Shown here in pieces: positions 28,539 to 37,376 of a stretch of DNA of 40,629 bases. Below the pieces are notes generated by a model. The model was given only the letters and a program-made list of their open reading frames with translations. It did not search any database and was not told the origin of the DNA. The DNA lies in contig JAUVAX010000019.1 of NCBI GenBank assembly GCA_030591685.1, positions 1 to 40,629 on the forward strand, given 5' to 3'. Both the position numbers and the translations under genes were made by a program. Numbering within the stretch: position 1 is the first letter of the stretch; every line of letters begins with the position of its first letter. This DNA is from Pseudobdellovibrionaceae bacterium (GTDB lineage Bacteria > Bdellovibrionota > Bdellovibrionia > Bdellovibrionales > UBA1609).

Positions 28539-29189
28539 TTATTTTATTAACAATATAAACTCACCCTTATGCCCTAAGAACAGTTGAGCCAGTTCATCAG
28601 GATAACCTTCAATTATTTGCTCCTCTTCTTGAGTGAGTTTATAGCCAATAATGCATACTTTTTTGGGGAAATATTTTTTCATATCTCCAAGGGTTTTCTC
28701 TAAACGGTAGGGGGTGTCCATGATTATTACGGCGCGAGATTCTTTTTGAAGGGCTTTGAGCTCAACTTCACGTTTTTCATTATTTGCGGGTAAAAAGCCT
28801 CTAAAGTAGAATTGATCTAAACGATGCCCACAGACACTTAAAAAGGTCATTAAACTAGAGGCTCCAGGCACGGGGACCACCTGAATGTCGTTTTGTCGAC
28901 ACAAATAAACTAAGTCCGCTCCGGGGTCACAAAACCCAGGGGTTCCACAATCAGAGATTAAACTCACAACTTGATTTTTACACTGATCAAGCAAAAACTC
29001 TAAATCACTTTTGTCACTATGCTCATTTAAAAGCTCAATAGGTCGACCGGTTAGCTTGTACTTTTTTAAAAATGAGGTTGTTACTTTTCGCTCTTCACCG
29101 ATGATTAAGTCTGAAGACTTAATACAGGCAAGTGCTCGTTCACTGATATCTTGTATATTCCCAATGGGCGTGGAGACAATGTATAGCAT
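28539..29189 (-). CDS. rsmI: 16S rRNA C1402 2'-O-methyltransferase RsmI family
   Basis: LYIVSTPIGNIQDISERA, LISDCGTPGFCDPG, VPVPGASS, FRGFLP, TPYRL. Confidence 0.85.
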   Translation of the reverse strand: MLYIVSTPIGNIQDISERALACIKSSDLIIGEERKVTTSFLKKYKLTGRPIELLNEHSDKSDLEFLLDQCKNQVVSLISDCGTPGFCDPGADLVYLCRQNDIQVVPVPGASSLMTFLSVCGHRLDQFYFRGFLPANNEKREVELKALQKESRAVIIMDTPYRLEKTLGDMKKYFPKKVCIIGYKLTQEEEQIIEGYPDELAQLFLGHKGEFILLIK

Positions 29190-29295
29190 GCCCTAAGCTC
29201 ATTCATGCACCGTTTGAAGTCAATAATTATATTACAAGTTATCTTTGTTACAATGAAGGCCTTATAGGTCAGGTTTTGTTTTTAATATATTCATT

Positions 29296-29340
29296 TACGA
29301 CACTAGTACGACACCATTACTACGACAACTATTACGGCAC
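29296..29340. repeat. Four degenerate 8-bp direct repeats, consensus TACGACAC
   Basis: TACGACAC at 29296 and 29307, TACGACAA at 29321, TACGGCAC at 29333; periods 11, 14 and 12 bp. Confidence 0.7.
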
Positions 29341-29441
29341 TGTATTTTGATCATCCAATGGGTCAATTTTTCTTCTCAAACAGAGGGGGTTGCATCAGCA
29401 TACCTAAGAAAGGGTGAATTTAATTTTAGCAGCAAGTTGAC

Positions 29442-29532
29442 AAAAAAAGCCCTTAATTCACTGGGGCCTCTTTTTTTTATCACGCGCTAACGTTTACAAA
29501 AAAAAGGTATGCCAGTGAGTTAAGGGCTCTTT
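29442..29532 (-). terminator. Long inverted repeat / terminator-like hairpin after the outer-membrane protein gene
   Basis: Arms AGCCCTTAATTCACTGG (29448-29464) and CCAGTGAGTTAAGGGCT (29512-29528) pair at 16 of 17 positions; inner T8/A8 also pair; a U7 run follows on the minus strand. Confidence 0.65.
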
Positions 29533-29546
29533 AAATACCTATCACT

Positions 29547-30269
29547 TTAAAAGTTGTATGTAAAAGTCACACCAAAATCGTCATCCACAGGAGCATCATT
29601 GGGGCTAAAAGCAACAGCAAGCAACCAACTGTCCCTACCATAGCCAAGGGTGACCTCAGATTTATCCGTATCTGCACCTATTTTTTTAGTGGTCATAGTA
29701 TGTTTAACCCCTGCAAAAAATCCACCCCCATTAAAGCCGACTCCTACACCTAAATGTGTATCATCGTCCTCATCTGTGGCGTAGTCTAAGGCCAGAGTTA
29801 CGCTGCTCATATCCCAGGCTAATCCAAGAGTATTTGTTTTGTCTGTATTTGCAGAGTCTGTTTCAGACTTAATACCCACTCTAAAGCTGTTAGAGATGTT
29901 AAATAAAAGCCCCACATCTATATCATCATTGACCCCTAGACTAACCATAGAAAACCGGACAGCACCCATGATTTCATCTCCAGTAACCTTTGGGGTCGTG
30001 TCAGCCTCAAAGTACGACCCGCCTAGAGCGAAGTTATCATGACCATAATGCAAGCCAAGCCCTATAACATTAATTCCACTAAAGGACCCTGACTGTGCTG
30101 TGACTCCAAACCCATCATTAGCCAGTATTCCAACAGGGCTTGAATCCCCAAGGTAATTAGGGTGTGCGACCCCAAGATCGTATCTAAATTTTGAGTTACT
30201 TGATCCCTTTGCCCATCCTGTGATTGAAAAGAGTAAAACCAACCCAAGCGTCCATACTAGTTTTTTCAT
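29547..30269 (-). CDS. Outer-membrane beta-barrel protein (porin-like), function unknown
   Basis: Signal peptide ending GWA, many short Gly/aromatic amphipathic strands, terminal FGVTFTYNF; GGAGG RBS; monocistronic. Confidence 0.8.
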   Translation of the reverse strand: MKKLVWTLGLVLLFSITGWAKGSSNSKFRYDLGVAHPNYLGDSSPVGILANDGFGVTAQSGSFSGINVIGLGLHYGHDNFALGGSYFEADTTPKVTGDEIMGAVRFSMVSLGVNDDIDVGLLFNISNSFRVGIKSETDSANTDKTNTLGLAWDMSSVTLALDYATDEDDDTHLGVGVGFNGGGFFAGVKHTMTTKKIGADTDKSEVTLGYGRDSWLLAVAFSPNDAPVDDDFGVTFTYNF

Positions 30270-30485
30270 AAAAATCCTCCCTCATTTATTTTTCTATTAT
30301 CATAACCTAATATGCTTAAGACTACAGAACATAGATGCTTCGGCCCTACAAAGGTCTATGAAATTAAACCTTTTTAACTAAAGTTTTTTATTTGTACATT
30401 AAACACATACATTAGTTTGTAAGAAGACCTGTGTTGATAGCTTTAATTCGTTTTTGGTGCCTAAGTGGGAGTAACTAATTAAAGA

Positions 30486-31187
30486 CTATATACGACAAAG
30501 TAAGTTTCTATTTTGTGAGTCTGTAAACTTAATCACAGCCAAGTGTAGGTCCTCCAGGTTGGGGAACACAAATACAAACTGACCGGCCAAGGTGCTCACA
30601 TGAGACAGGTTTTCTGAGTCCACAAGAAGACCCTCAGCATGCACCGTTTTATTAAAAAATTGAGTTACATCATGATAAGAATAGCACCCTGATCCTAATT
30701 TTATTTTTTTAATATATCTTTTCTTTGAGTTTCCTAAAAAATATACCCTCATATTTTTTTTAAAATCCTCAACATCAACGCTGACCTTTTCGCCCAATGA
30801 AATATCAAAAAACACTTTAAATCGGCCAGACACTTTTGAATTAATATGCTCTCCAAGCTGTATAACACCACCCCCCAGCGGCAAATTAAACCTTATAGGG
30901 TCAGATAATGGGGCTTTATCTACAGGAACAAACCTTATGGTGGTTTTTAAACTTTTTCTCTTAAGTTTTACTAATATTTCAGCGTCTGATTGCTCGCGCA
31001 CCCTTACTGTATCTTTTGTTTTAAAGCTTTCTAAGTATAGTGTTTCAATAGTTTTAATCATCGACTTTGGCAGGGATAAATTTTTATAAGACTCAAAAAT
31101 TTTACCTTCTATGGGTTTTGCACTCGAGCAAACCCCATAGCTTGTAATTATAAATATGGATACAATAATTAGTGTTTTAATAAACAC
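30486..31187 (-). CDS. Hypothetical exported protein
   Basis: 233-aa ORF with GTG start abutting the upstream stop; hydrophobic N-terminus; no family recognised. Confidence 0.7.
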   Translation of the reverse strand: MFIKTLIIVSIFIITSYGVCSSAKPIEGKIFESYKNLSLPKSMIKTIETLYLESFKTKDTVRVREQSDAEILVKLKRKSLKTTIRFVPVDKAPLSDPIRFNLPLGGGVIQLGEHINSKVSGRFKVFFDISLGEKVSVDVEDFKKNMRVYFLGNSKKRYIKKIKLGSGCYSYHDVTQFFNKTVHAEGLLVDSENLSHVSTLAGQFVFVFPNLEDLHLAVIKFTDSQNRNLLCRI

Positions 31188-32930
31188 TTACTCGGCCTCT
31201 TGCATCTGCTTTTTAAGCATCAAAAGGGGTGAATACTCTGTCGAAACCCTTAATCCGTCTCTTAATAATTGTCCGGCTTTGTCAAATTCTCCGTCGTGAA
31301 AATGTGTGGTAGCCAACATGGAAAGAGCCATTAAATTACGGGGTTTATTTTTAAGCACAAGCGTTGACTCCCTCAATGTGCACTCGTAATTTTGCTCTCT
31401 CATACAGAAGCGCGCTTGTAATATCATTGGCAGTGAAAATTTATGCTTACTATTGTTTTTGACGGCTCCCTTGACGGCAATACGCGCCTCAGACTCTAAA
31501 TTTAAATTGTCCTTTATATAGCCCACCACGGCTTGTGCCAGTGCATCCTTAGGGGCTTGATGGGCTAATTTATCGGCTAACTTACTGGCCTTATCCCTTT
31601 TAAGAGCTTTGATGCTACAAAAAGCATCTAACGTTGTTTTTAAATGCTCTTTTTTTACAGATAACTTTATGGCGTTACAATACTCCACTAAAGAGCTCCA
31701 CTGAACCCAGTTTTGATTAATAAATAAGTTATACCTATGATTATTAGACTGTTCAGGGTCCATATCTAAGAGACTTGTAACCTCTTTATCCGCATATTTT
31801 TTAGGGTTAGTCAGCACACTCAGATATATGAGCATCAGTTTAGACTCTTGAGCTAAAAAAGCGCCCTTTTTAGCCACCCACCTTAGGTGTTTTTGAGCTT
31901 GCAACAATTTATTTAATACTATTTCACCTTTTAATTGAGCCACTAAACTGAGTGCATAATAAAATCGAATCATTTCAGGTTCATCATCAATTTTTAATGC
32001 TCTCTTGAAGCTTTTACTGGATTTTCTATAATTTGACCTTAATGACTGAAGCAGGCCAAGGTTAACAAGTGCAGGGGTATAGTTAGGGTCTATATCAAGG
32101 GCTTTTTTATAAAAAATTGTTGCTAAACTTTTATTACCATCTTTATATCCCAAGGTCCCTAAGGCTGTTATAGCCCGTTTTTTTATTTTAGGCTCACCAT
32201 CGCTTTCAACACTATGGAGAAGTTCCTCTGCCAAAAAAGACTGGCTGGTGAGATGAACTAAAAGAGGTGCTAAAAAAATATATATGTCTTTGCCCTCAGA
32301 ATTTATCTCATAGGCTGCACTTAAATTATCTAGCGCCTCCTTGTAAAGTCCTAAATGAATTGCATCTTTACCTAACGATACGTACTCGTCATATTTTTCA
32401 TGATCGCTCTTTGGTTTTATGATCAGCGTCTGTATTAAAACTAAGACCAAAAGAAGAACCGCAACCGTCCCAACAGTAAGCCACATTTTTTTATTTAACA
32501 TTTGTGCGCCAGCAGAGGCCACATCTGAAGCTTGATACCCAAAAGACTTCACTGGCTGCGGAGTGGTTTCAGGAGGAATTTGAGTTTCATCCTTAAGGTT
32601 TTCAATAATAATTTCTTTAGTCAGCTCTAAATTTTTAGTGTCAATTTCGCCTGTGAGGTCGTCAGAAATAGGGTGATACTCATCTGTAAGAGTCATCTCA
32701 TCGCTAAAGGTTTTTGTTATGCTCGTATCGCTATTTACTTCTTGTCTTACTTCGTTAACAATTTTTTCAAATTTCTTTTCATCACACAGAGGTCTCCAAA
32801 AAGCCTGAGGAACAGCGGCCTCATCATGAATAGAAAGTTCACGAGTTTTTAATTTAGCACTCAGTTCAGCTTGTGTGAAAGGGCCCAGTATACGGCCCGA
32901 GCTTTTAACAAGCCAATTTGCCGAATCCAT
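31188..32930 (-). CDS. Bitopic protein: cytoplasmic GYF_2-like domain, TM, periplasmic TPR repeats
   Basis: N-terminal WLVKSSGRILGPFTQAEL...IHDE...FWRPL; acidic linker; TM MWLTVGTVAVLLLVLVLI; TPRs such as YKKALDIDPNYTPALVNLG. Confidence 0.78.
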   Translation of the reverse strand: MDSANWLVKSSGRILGPFTQAELSAKLKTRELSIHDEAAVPQAFWRPLCDEKKFEKIVNEVRQEVNSDTSITKTFSDEMTLTDEYHPISDDLTGEIDTKNLELTKEIIIENLKDETQIPPETTPQPVKSFGYQASDVASAGAQMLNKKMWLTVGTVAVLLLVLVLIQTLIIKPKSDHEKYDEYVSLGKDAIHLGLYKEALDNLSAAYEINSEGKDIYIFLAPLLVHLTSQSFLAEELLHSVESDGEPKIKKRAITALGTLGYKDGNKSLATIFYKKALDIDPNYTPALVNLGLLQSLRSNYRKSSKSFKRALKIDDEPEMIRFYYALSLVAQLKGEIVLNKLLQAQKHLRWVAKKGAFLAQESKLMLIYLSVLTNPKKYADKEVTSLLDMDPEQSNNHRYNLFINQNWVQWSSLVEYCNAIKLSVKKEHLKTTLDAFCSIKALKRDKASKLADKLAHQAPKDALAQAVVGYIKDNLNLESEARIAVKGAVKNNSKHKFSLPMILQARFCMREQNYECTLRESTLVLKNKPRNLMALSMLATTHFHDGEFDKAGQLLRDGLRVSTEYSPLLMLKKQMQEAE

Positions 32931-32948
32931 TTAAACCTCTTATTACAG

Positions 32949-34484
32949 TTAGTGTTGAAAGTGTCTTTGACCGGTCATCACTAAGTTTACACCCAGTGAC
33001 TTAGATTTGGCTATGACTTGTTCGTCCCTTATGGACCCCCCAGGCTGGACAACCCATTCAATCCCAGCTTTATGGGCTTGTTCAATGCTGTCCGGAAACG
33101 GGAAGAAGGCATCGCTTGCCAAAACCAGACCTTTTGCCTGTGTATGATGCTTTAATTGACGACCAATGGCCTGCTCAACAGCATCCACTCGATTCACCTG
33201 ACCCATACCTAAGCCCACAGTTTGGTGATCACTCACCAGCGCAATAGCATTACTCTTTAAATGCGCGCAGACCTTCCAGGCGAATTCGATATTTGATTTT
33301 ATAAAGTCATTTGGAGTGTCGCCAATAATATCCCATTTTTCGGACCACGAAGAAACTTCATCTTGGGTTTGAACCAAAAACCCACCGGATACGGTCCTTA
33401 CTTTTACCTCTTGATCTTTAGTCATCATTTCTGGCCACTTTAAAACACGAAGATTTTTTTTAACGGAAAGCACTTCAAGAGCTTTTTTTGAAAAATCAGG
33501 AGCGATAACACACTCAACAAACCCCTCAACAAGTGCTTCAGCAGCCTCTTGGTTGAGCATTTGATTCACGGCAATGACTCCACCAAAAACACTCACCGGG
33601 TCTGCTTTTAAAGCCTTTATAGTGGCCTCACTTATATTGTCAGAAGTCGCGACTCCACATGGGTTTAAGTGCTTTACGGCCACGCAAGTGGGCTTATTAA
33701 ATTCACGTATAGTAGTTACTGCAGCATCTATATCTAAAATATTATTATATGAAAGTGGCTTGCCCTGTAAAATCAAAGCGTTATGTAGGCCCGAGGATTC
33801 ACCTTTACCCCTGTACCAACTCGCATTTTGAACAGGGTTTTCACCATATCTTAGCTTTTCAACAAACCCTCCGCCTACTGAAAACTCTGGATCTGTAATT
33901 CCTATGCCTAGCTCTTTTGCAACCATGGAGTCATAAACGGATACATGGGCAAACACCTTAGACGCCAAATGCCTACGTTCATCAAGGGTGATTATTTTTT
34001 TATTATGAAAAATACTATAATCTTTGGGGTCACATAACACAGTGATTCGCTCAAAAGATTTTGCAGCGGCTCTTAAAAAACTCGGACCGCCTATGTCAAT
34101 AAATTCGTACAAATCGCGGCCTTTTGCTTCGTTTGATACCTTCGCTTGTTCAAATGGATAAAGATTACCTATAACTAAATCAAAGGGCTGAATATTATAA
34201 TCTTTTAAAATTGAACTATCCTCTTCGACGTAATCTCTCGCCAAAAGACACATGTGAATTTTAGGATGAAGGGTCTTAACCCGCCCCCCCATCACTTCAG
34301 GGAACCCTGTTTGCTCACTGACGTCAATAACATCCAAGCCCTCTTGTCGAAGGTAATTAGCCGTGCCGCCAGTAGAAACTATTTCAAGCCCCTTTTGCTG
34401 CATAGGCTTTAAAAACTCTGCCAAACCCTCTTTGTTTGATGTACTAACAAGAGCACGCTTGAAGCTTGAAATTTGTTTATCCAT
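32949..34484 (-). CDS. purH: Bifunctional AICAR formyltransferase / IMP cyclohydrolase
   Basis: STGGTA, GRVKTLHPKIH, IDIGGPS, LRYGENP, LSYNNILD, ASDAFFPFPD, QPGGSIRD, RHFQH. Confidence 0.97.
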   Translation of the reverse strand: MDKQISSFKRALVSTSNKEGLAEFLKPMQQKGLEIVSTGGTANYLRQEGLDVIDVSEQTGFPEVMGGRVKTLHPKIHMCLLARDYVEEDSSILKDYNIQPFDLVIGNLYPFEQAKVSNEAKGRDLYEFIDIGGPSFLRAAAKSFERITVLCDPKDYSIFHNKKIITLDERRHLASKVFAHVSVYDSMVAKELGIGITDPEFSVGGGFVEKLRYGENPVQNASWYRGKGESSGLHNALILQGKPLSYNNILDIDAAVTTIREFNKPTCVAVKHLNPCGVATSDNISEATIKALKADPVSVFGGVIAVNQMLNQEAAEALVEGFVECVIAPDFSKKALEVLSVKKNLRVLKWPEMMTKDQEVKVRTVSGGFLVQTQDEVSSWSEKWDIIGDTPNDFIKSNIEFAWKVCAHLKSNAIALVSDHQTVGLGMGQVNRVDAVEQAIGRQLKHHTQAKGLVLASDAFFPFPDSIEQAHKAGIEWVVQPGGSIRDEQVIAKSKSLGVNLVMTGQRHFQH

Positions 34485-35854
34485 TAAAAAGACACCTTTG
34501 AAGCAAATGTTTTTAAATCTTCATTTGTAATAAAGAGCCCTGCCCCTAAGAAGGTATTTGTATTTGCAGCATCTGACAAATCATCACCCCCGGCAATTAC
34601 ATATATGCCCTTCCAAATGTCGTACTTAACGTAGGATTTAACTTTCATATCATCAAAACTATACAACTCTGTAGACCATCTCAGTTTTTTACGCAGCCAA
34701 AAGTAATCAAACCCTAAACCTCCGGAGCTCTCTATAACACCACCACGCACCGTAAAGTTATAGAAATTCTTTGCAAACTGAATACTATACTTTAGAGCCT
34801 TTCTATCTAAGGTTGTTGTAGTAGTTGGGATACCGTCGACGGTATCCGTGCGGTCTGCCGTTTGACTGCCTAGTGGGTCACTAATTATTTGAATCAAATA
34901 GTAACGATCCAGTCCGGGTTGAATTTTTATATCTAAATAAGATTTTGTAAAACCACCATTATCTGGGATATGTTCAGCATGATAACCAATGCTGGTTTCT
35001 AAGTCAGATGTATTACCTAAGAATTCGTTCACGGAATCCATTGTTGTTTCTACTTTTTGTAGAACCTCATCATCATTAATAAGACGCCCTAAAGTCCCTT
35101 GACCATTATTTAATTTTTGAGAGGCCTCTGAAAGGTTCCCCATAGCAGAGTTGAGTTTATCAAGACTATCGACGGCCTTACTCCAGGCGGGCCTAAATCC
35201 GTTTTCTCCCTTACCGTTAATGATGTCATCAAGAGTCCCCGTAATTTCGAGGAGGCTATCCATGACGTCACTCACTTTATCTCGGTTTGCGGCAGTTACG
35301 CTGGCTAAATCTTTAGTCGCCTTTTCAATGTTAAGTATTATTCGACCAATAGGCGTGTTCGCATCGCCATTTCCTTTTGAAGCGTTCGTAATAATATCGG
35401 CAAGTTCACCGAGGGATTTAGAGATCTTACCCACATCACTCACAACCTCATCAATAGCGCCATTGTCGATAACCTTTAATACCTGCGAGCCAGAGGGTAG
35501 CTCTTCAGCTCCGACAGGTCCCGGATAAAGCTCAACAACTTTATCCCCAAGTAAACCCTGGGCACGAATGTTTACATATCCCTGTTTTGTGAACGACAGC
35601 TTGGTGTCTATGGCTATTTCGACTCTGGCTTTGCCCTCTTGCAGGCGAATACGATCGATTTTACCCACTCGTATCCCTGCCATACGAACCGCTGAATTTG
35701 GGACAAGGCCTGTAGAGTTTTCAAGTACAAACCAAAGATGTTTTTGAGTCGTAAACATCCCTGGGCCATCTGAAACCTTTAGCGTTAGGCTTGCTATCAA
35801 ACCGGTAACAATAACAATTAATAAGCCTACTTTAAACTCTGGTGTTTTAAACAT
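34484..35854 (-). CDS. mlaD: MCE/MlaD family protein with long helical region and beta-rich C-terminal domain
   Basis: EFKVGL plus TM; MCE motifs AVRMAGIRVGKI and GLLGDKVVELYPG; helical repeats with GTLGRLIND; C-terminal amphipathic strands. Confidence 0.85.
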   Translation of the reverse strand: MFKTPEFKVGLLIVIVTGLIASLTLKVSDGPGMFTTQKHLWFVLENSTGLVPNSAVRMAGIRVGKIDRIRLQEGKARVEIAIDTKLSFTKQGYVNIRAQGLLGDKVVELYPGPVGAEELPSGSQVLKVIDNGAIDEVVSDVGKISKSLGELADIITNASKGNGDANTPIGRIILNIEKATKDLASVTAANRDKVSDVMDSLLEITGTLDDIINGKGENGFRPAWSKAVDSLDKLNSAMGNLSEASQKLNNGQGTLGRLINDDEVLQKVETTMDSVNEFLGNTSDLETSIGYHAEHIPDNGGFTKSYLDIKIQPGLDRYYLIQIISDPLGSQTADRTDTVDGIPTTTTTLDRKALKYSIQFAKNFYNFTVRGGVIESSGGLGFDYFWLRKKLRWSTELYSFDDMKVKSYVKYDIWKGIYVIAGGDDLSDAANTNTFLGAGLFITNEDLKTFASKVSF

Positions 35855-36612
35855 TAACTACGCCTAATCCCTTTATCAATAAACTTTCGTATAAACTCAT
35901 TGTCTGTATTTAAAAACTCTTCTTTTGTTCCTCTCAATAATACCTTACCTTTATCAAGCATGACAATATAATCTCCAAGACGAAAGGCTGCCATCAAATC
36001 ATGAGAAATAACAAGCGAGGTGGCCCCCTTATGAAGCTTATGGGTATCTAAAATTAAGTTGTCCACCATTTCAGTTAAAATGGGGTCTAGTCCTGTTGTC
36101 GGCTCATCATAAAGCAGTATTTTAGGGTCTAAGGCAAGTGCCCGAGCCAGGCCCACCCTCTTTTGCATACCCCCACTAATTTCAGCAGGTAATTTTTGGT
36201 CGTGCTCCCTGTCCATTCCCGTGACTTTCAATTTATGACGCGCAATCTCAAGTCTTCGTGCTTTAGACAGGTCTCTTCGATGCTCACTCAACGGAAAGAG
36301 CACGTTTTCAATAACAGACATATCATCAAATAAAGCAGCGTGCTGAAAAAGAACACCCATTTGACAGCGAAGGGCAATTAACTCTTGCTCTGATCGCTGA
36401 GATAAATTTTTACCAAATACTTTTATATTTCCACTTGTGGGCTTCATAAGGCCTAAAATATGCTTCATAAGTACGGACTTTCCTGTACCACTAAAGCCAA
36501 TAAGCATTGTGATTTTATCTGCTGGGATGACTAGATCTATTCCATTTAAAACAAAAGATTTCCCGCCATCAAATGATTTTTTTAAATCTTGTATCTCTAC
36601 TGCCATTTCCAT
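35854..36612 (-). CDS. mlaF: MlaF-type ABC ATPase
   Basis: GFSGTGKS, LFQHAALFDDM, ISGGMQKRVGLARAL, LYDEPTTGLDP, SHD; between mlaE and mlaD. Confidence 0.9.
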   Translation of the reverse strand: MEMAVEIQDLKKSFDGGKSFVLNGIDLVIPADKITMLIGFSGTGKSVLMKHILGLMKPTSGNIKVFGKNLSQRSEQELIALRCQMGVLFQHAALFDDMSVIENVLFPLSEHRRDLSKARRLEIARHKLKVTGMDREHDQKLPAEISGGMQKRVGLARALALDPKILLYDEPTTGLDPILTEMVDNLILDTHKLHKGATSLVISHDLMAAFRLGDYIVMLDKGKVLLRGTKEEFLNTDNEFIRKFIDKGIRRS

Positions 36613-37376
36613 TAAAAAGACTCCACAAGGCTAAAATACAATCGAATTAAATTAGATACGAGAAGGTTTAACACAATAATAAGAACCATCGAGTAAACGA
36701 CCCCTTTATTTGTTGTATCGCCAACCCCCTTGGCCCCGCCTTTAGTGTAAAAGCCCGTCTTACAACAAACGGTCGCAAATGTTAAACCAAATACGGCCGC
36801 TTTAATTAACCCCTCCATGACATCACGAGGGCGAATCCAAAGTTCAATTTTATTCCAGAAAATAGCCTTATCTAAGTCTAATAGGTTCACGCAAAGAAGT
36901 TCTGAGGCCTGAATAGCTACAATGTCAAAAATACCACAAAGCAAAGGTAATGTTAAAACCGCCGCCAAAACTCTTGGTGAGGATAGGTATTGAATGGGGT
37001 TCACCCCCATAACTTCAAGAGCATCGATTTGCTCACTCACCCTCATGGTACCAATTTGTGCTGCCATAGCGCCACCAGCTCTTGCAGCAACAATTAAACC
37101 CGTTAACACAGGGGCGAGTTCTTTAAAAATGCCCAAGGCAACGGTTGGGCCGACCAAATTTGTAGCGTTGACCAAGTTAAACCCTATGTAGATTTGGTAC
37201 GACATTGCAAGGCCTGTGAAAACACCTGTTAAGCAAATAATTATAACAGAGTCATTGCCAATAAATTTCATGTGGCGAATCATATCAGGCATGCGGGACG
37301 GCTTCGCAAACATGAGCCTCACAGAGTCTGTGAAAAATAACGTAGTACTGCCGACCTCATAAAAAAACTTTTTCAT
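36612..37376 (-). CDS. mlaE: MlaE-type ABC permease
   Basis: ELAPVLTGLIVAARAGGAMAAQIGTMRVSEQIDALEVMGVNPIQYLSSPR; GGAKGVG. Confidence 0.93.
   Translation of the reverse strand: MKKFFYEVGSTTLFFTDSVRLMFAKPSRMPDMIRHMKFIGNDSVIIICLTGVFTGLAMSYQIYIGFNLVNATNLVGPTVALGIFKELAPVLTGLIVAARAGGAMAAQIGTMRVSEQIDALEVMGVNPIQYLSSPRVLAAVLTLPLLCGIFDIVAIQASELLCVNLLDLDKAIFWNKIELWIRPRDVMEGLIKAAVFGLTFATVCCKTGFYTKGGAKGVGDTTNKGVVYSMVLIIVLNLLVSNLIRLYFSLVESF

Noticed and set aside
29296..29340. CRISPR array
   Set aside because: Units are 8 bp with 3-6 bp gaps and there are no cas genes.
2126..37191. The many short overlapping ORFs in the track (e.g. 2126, 4636, 6543, 18679, 25994, 35151)
   Set aside because: All lie antisense or out of frame within well-supported genes and show no recognisable motifs.
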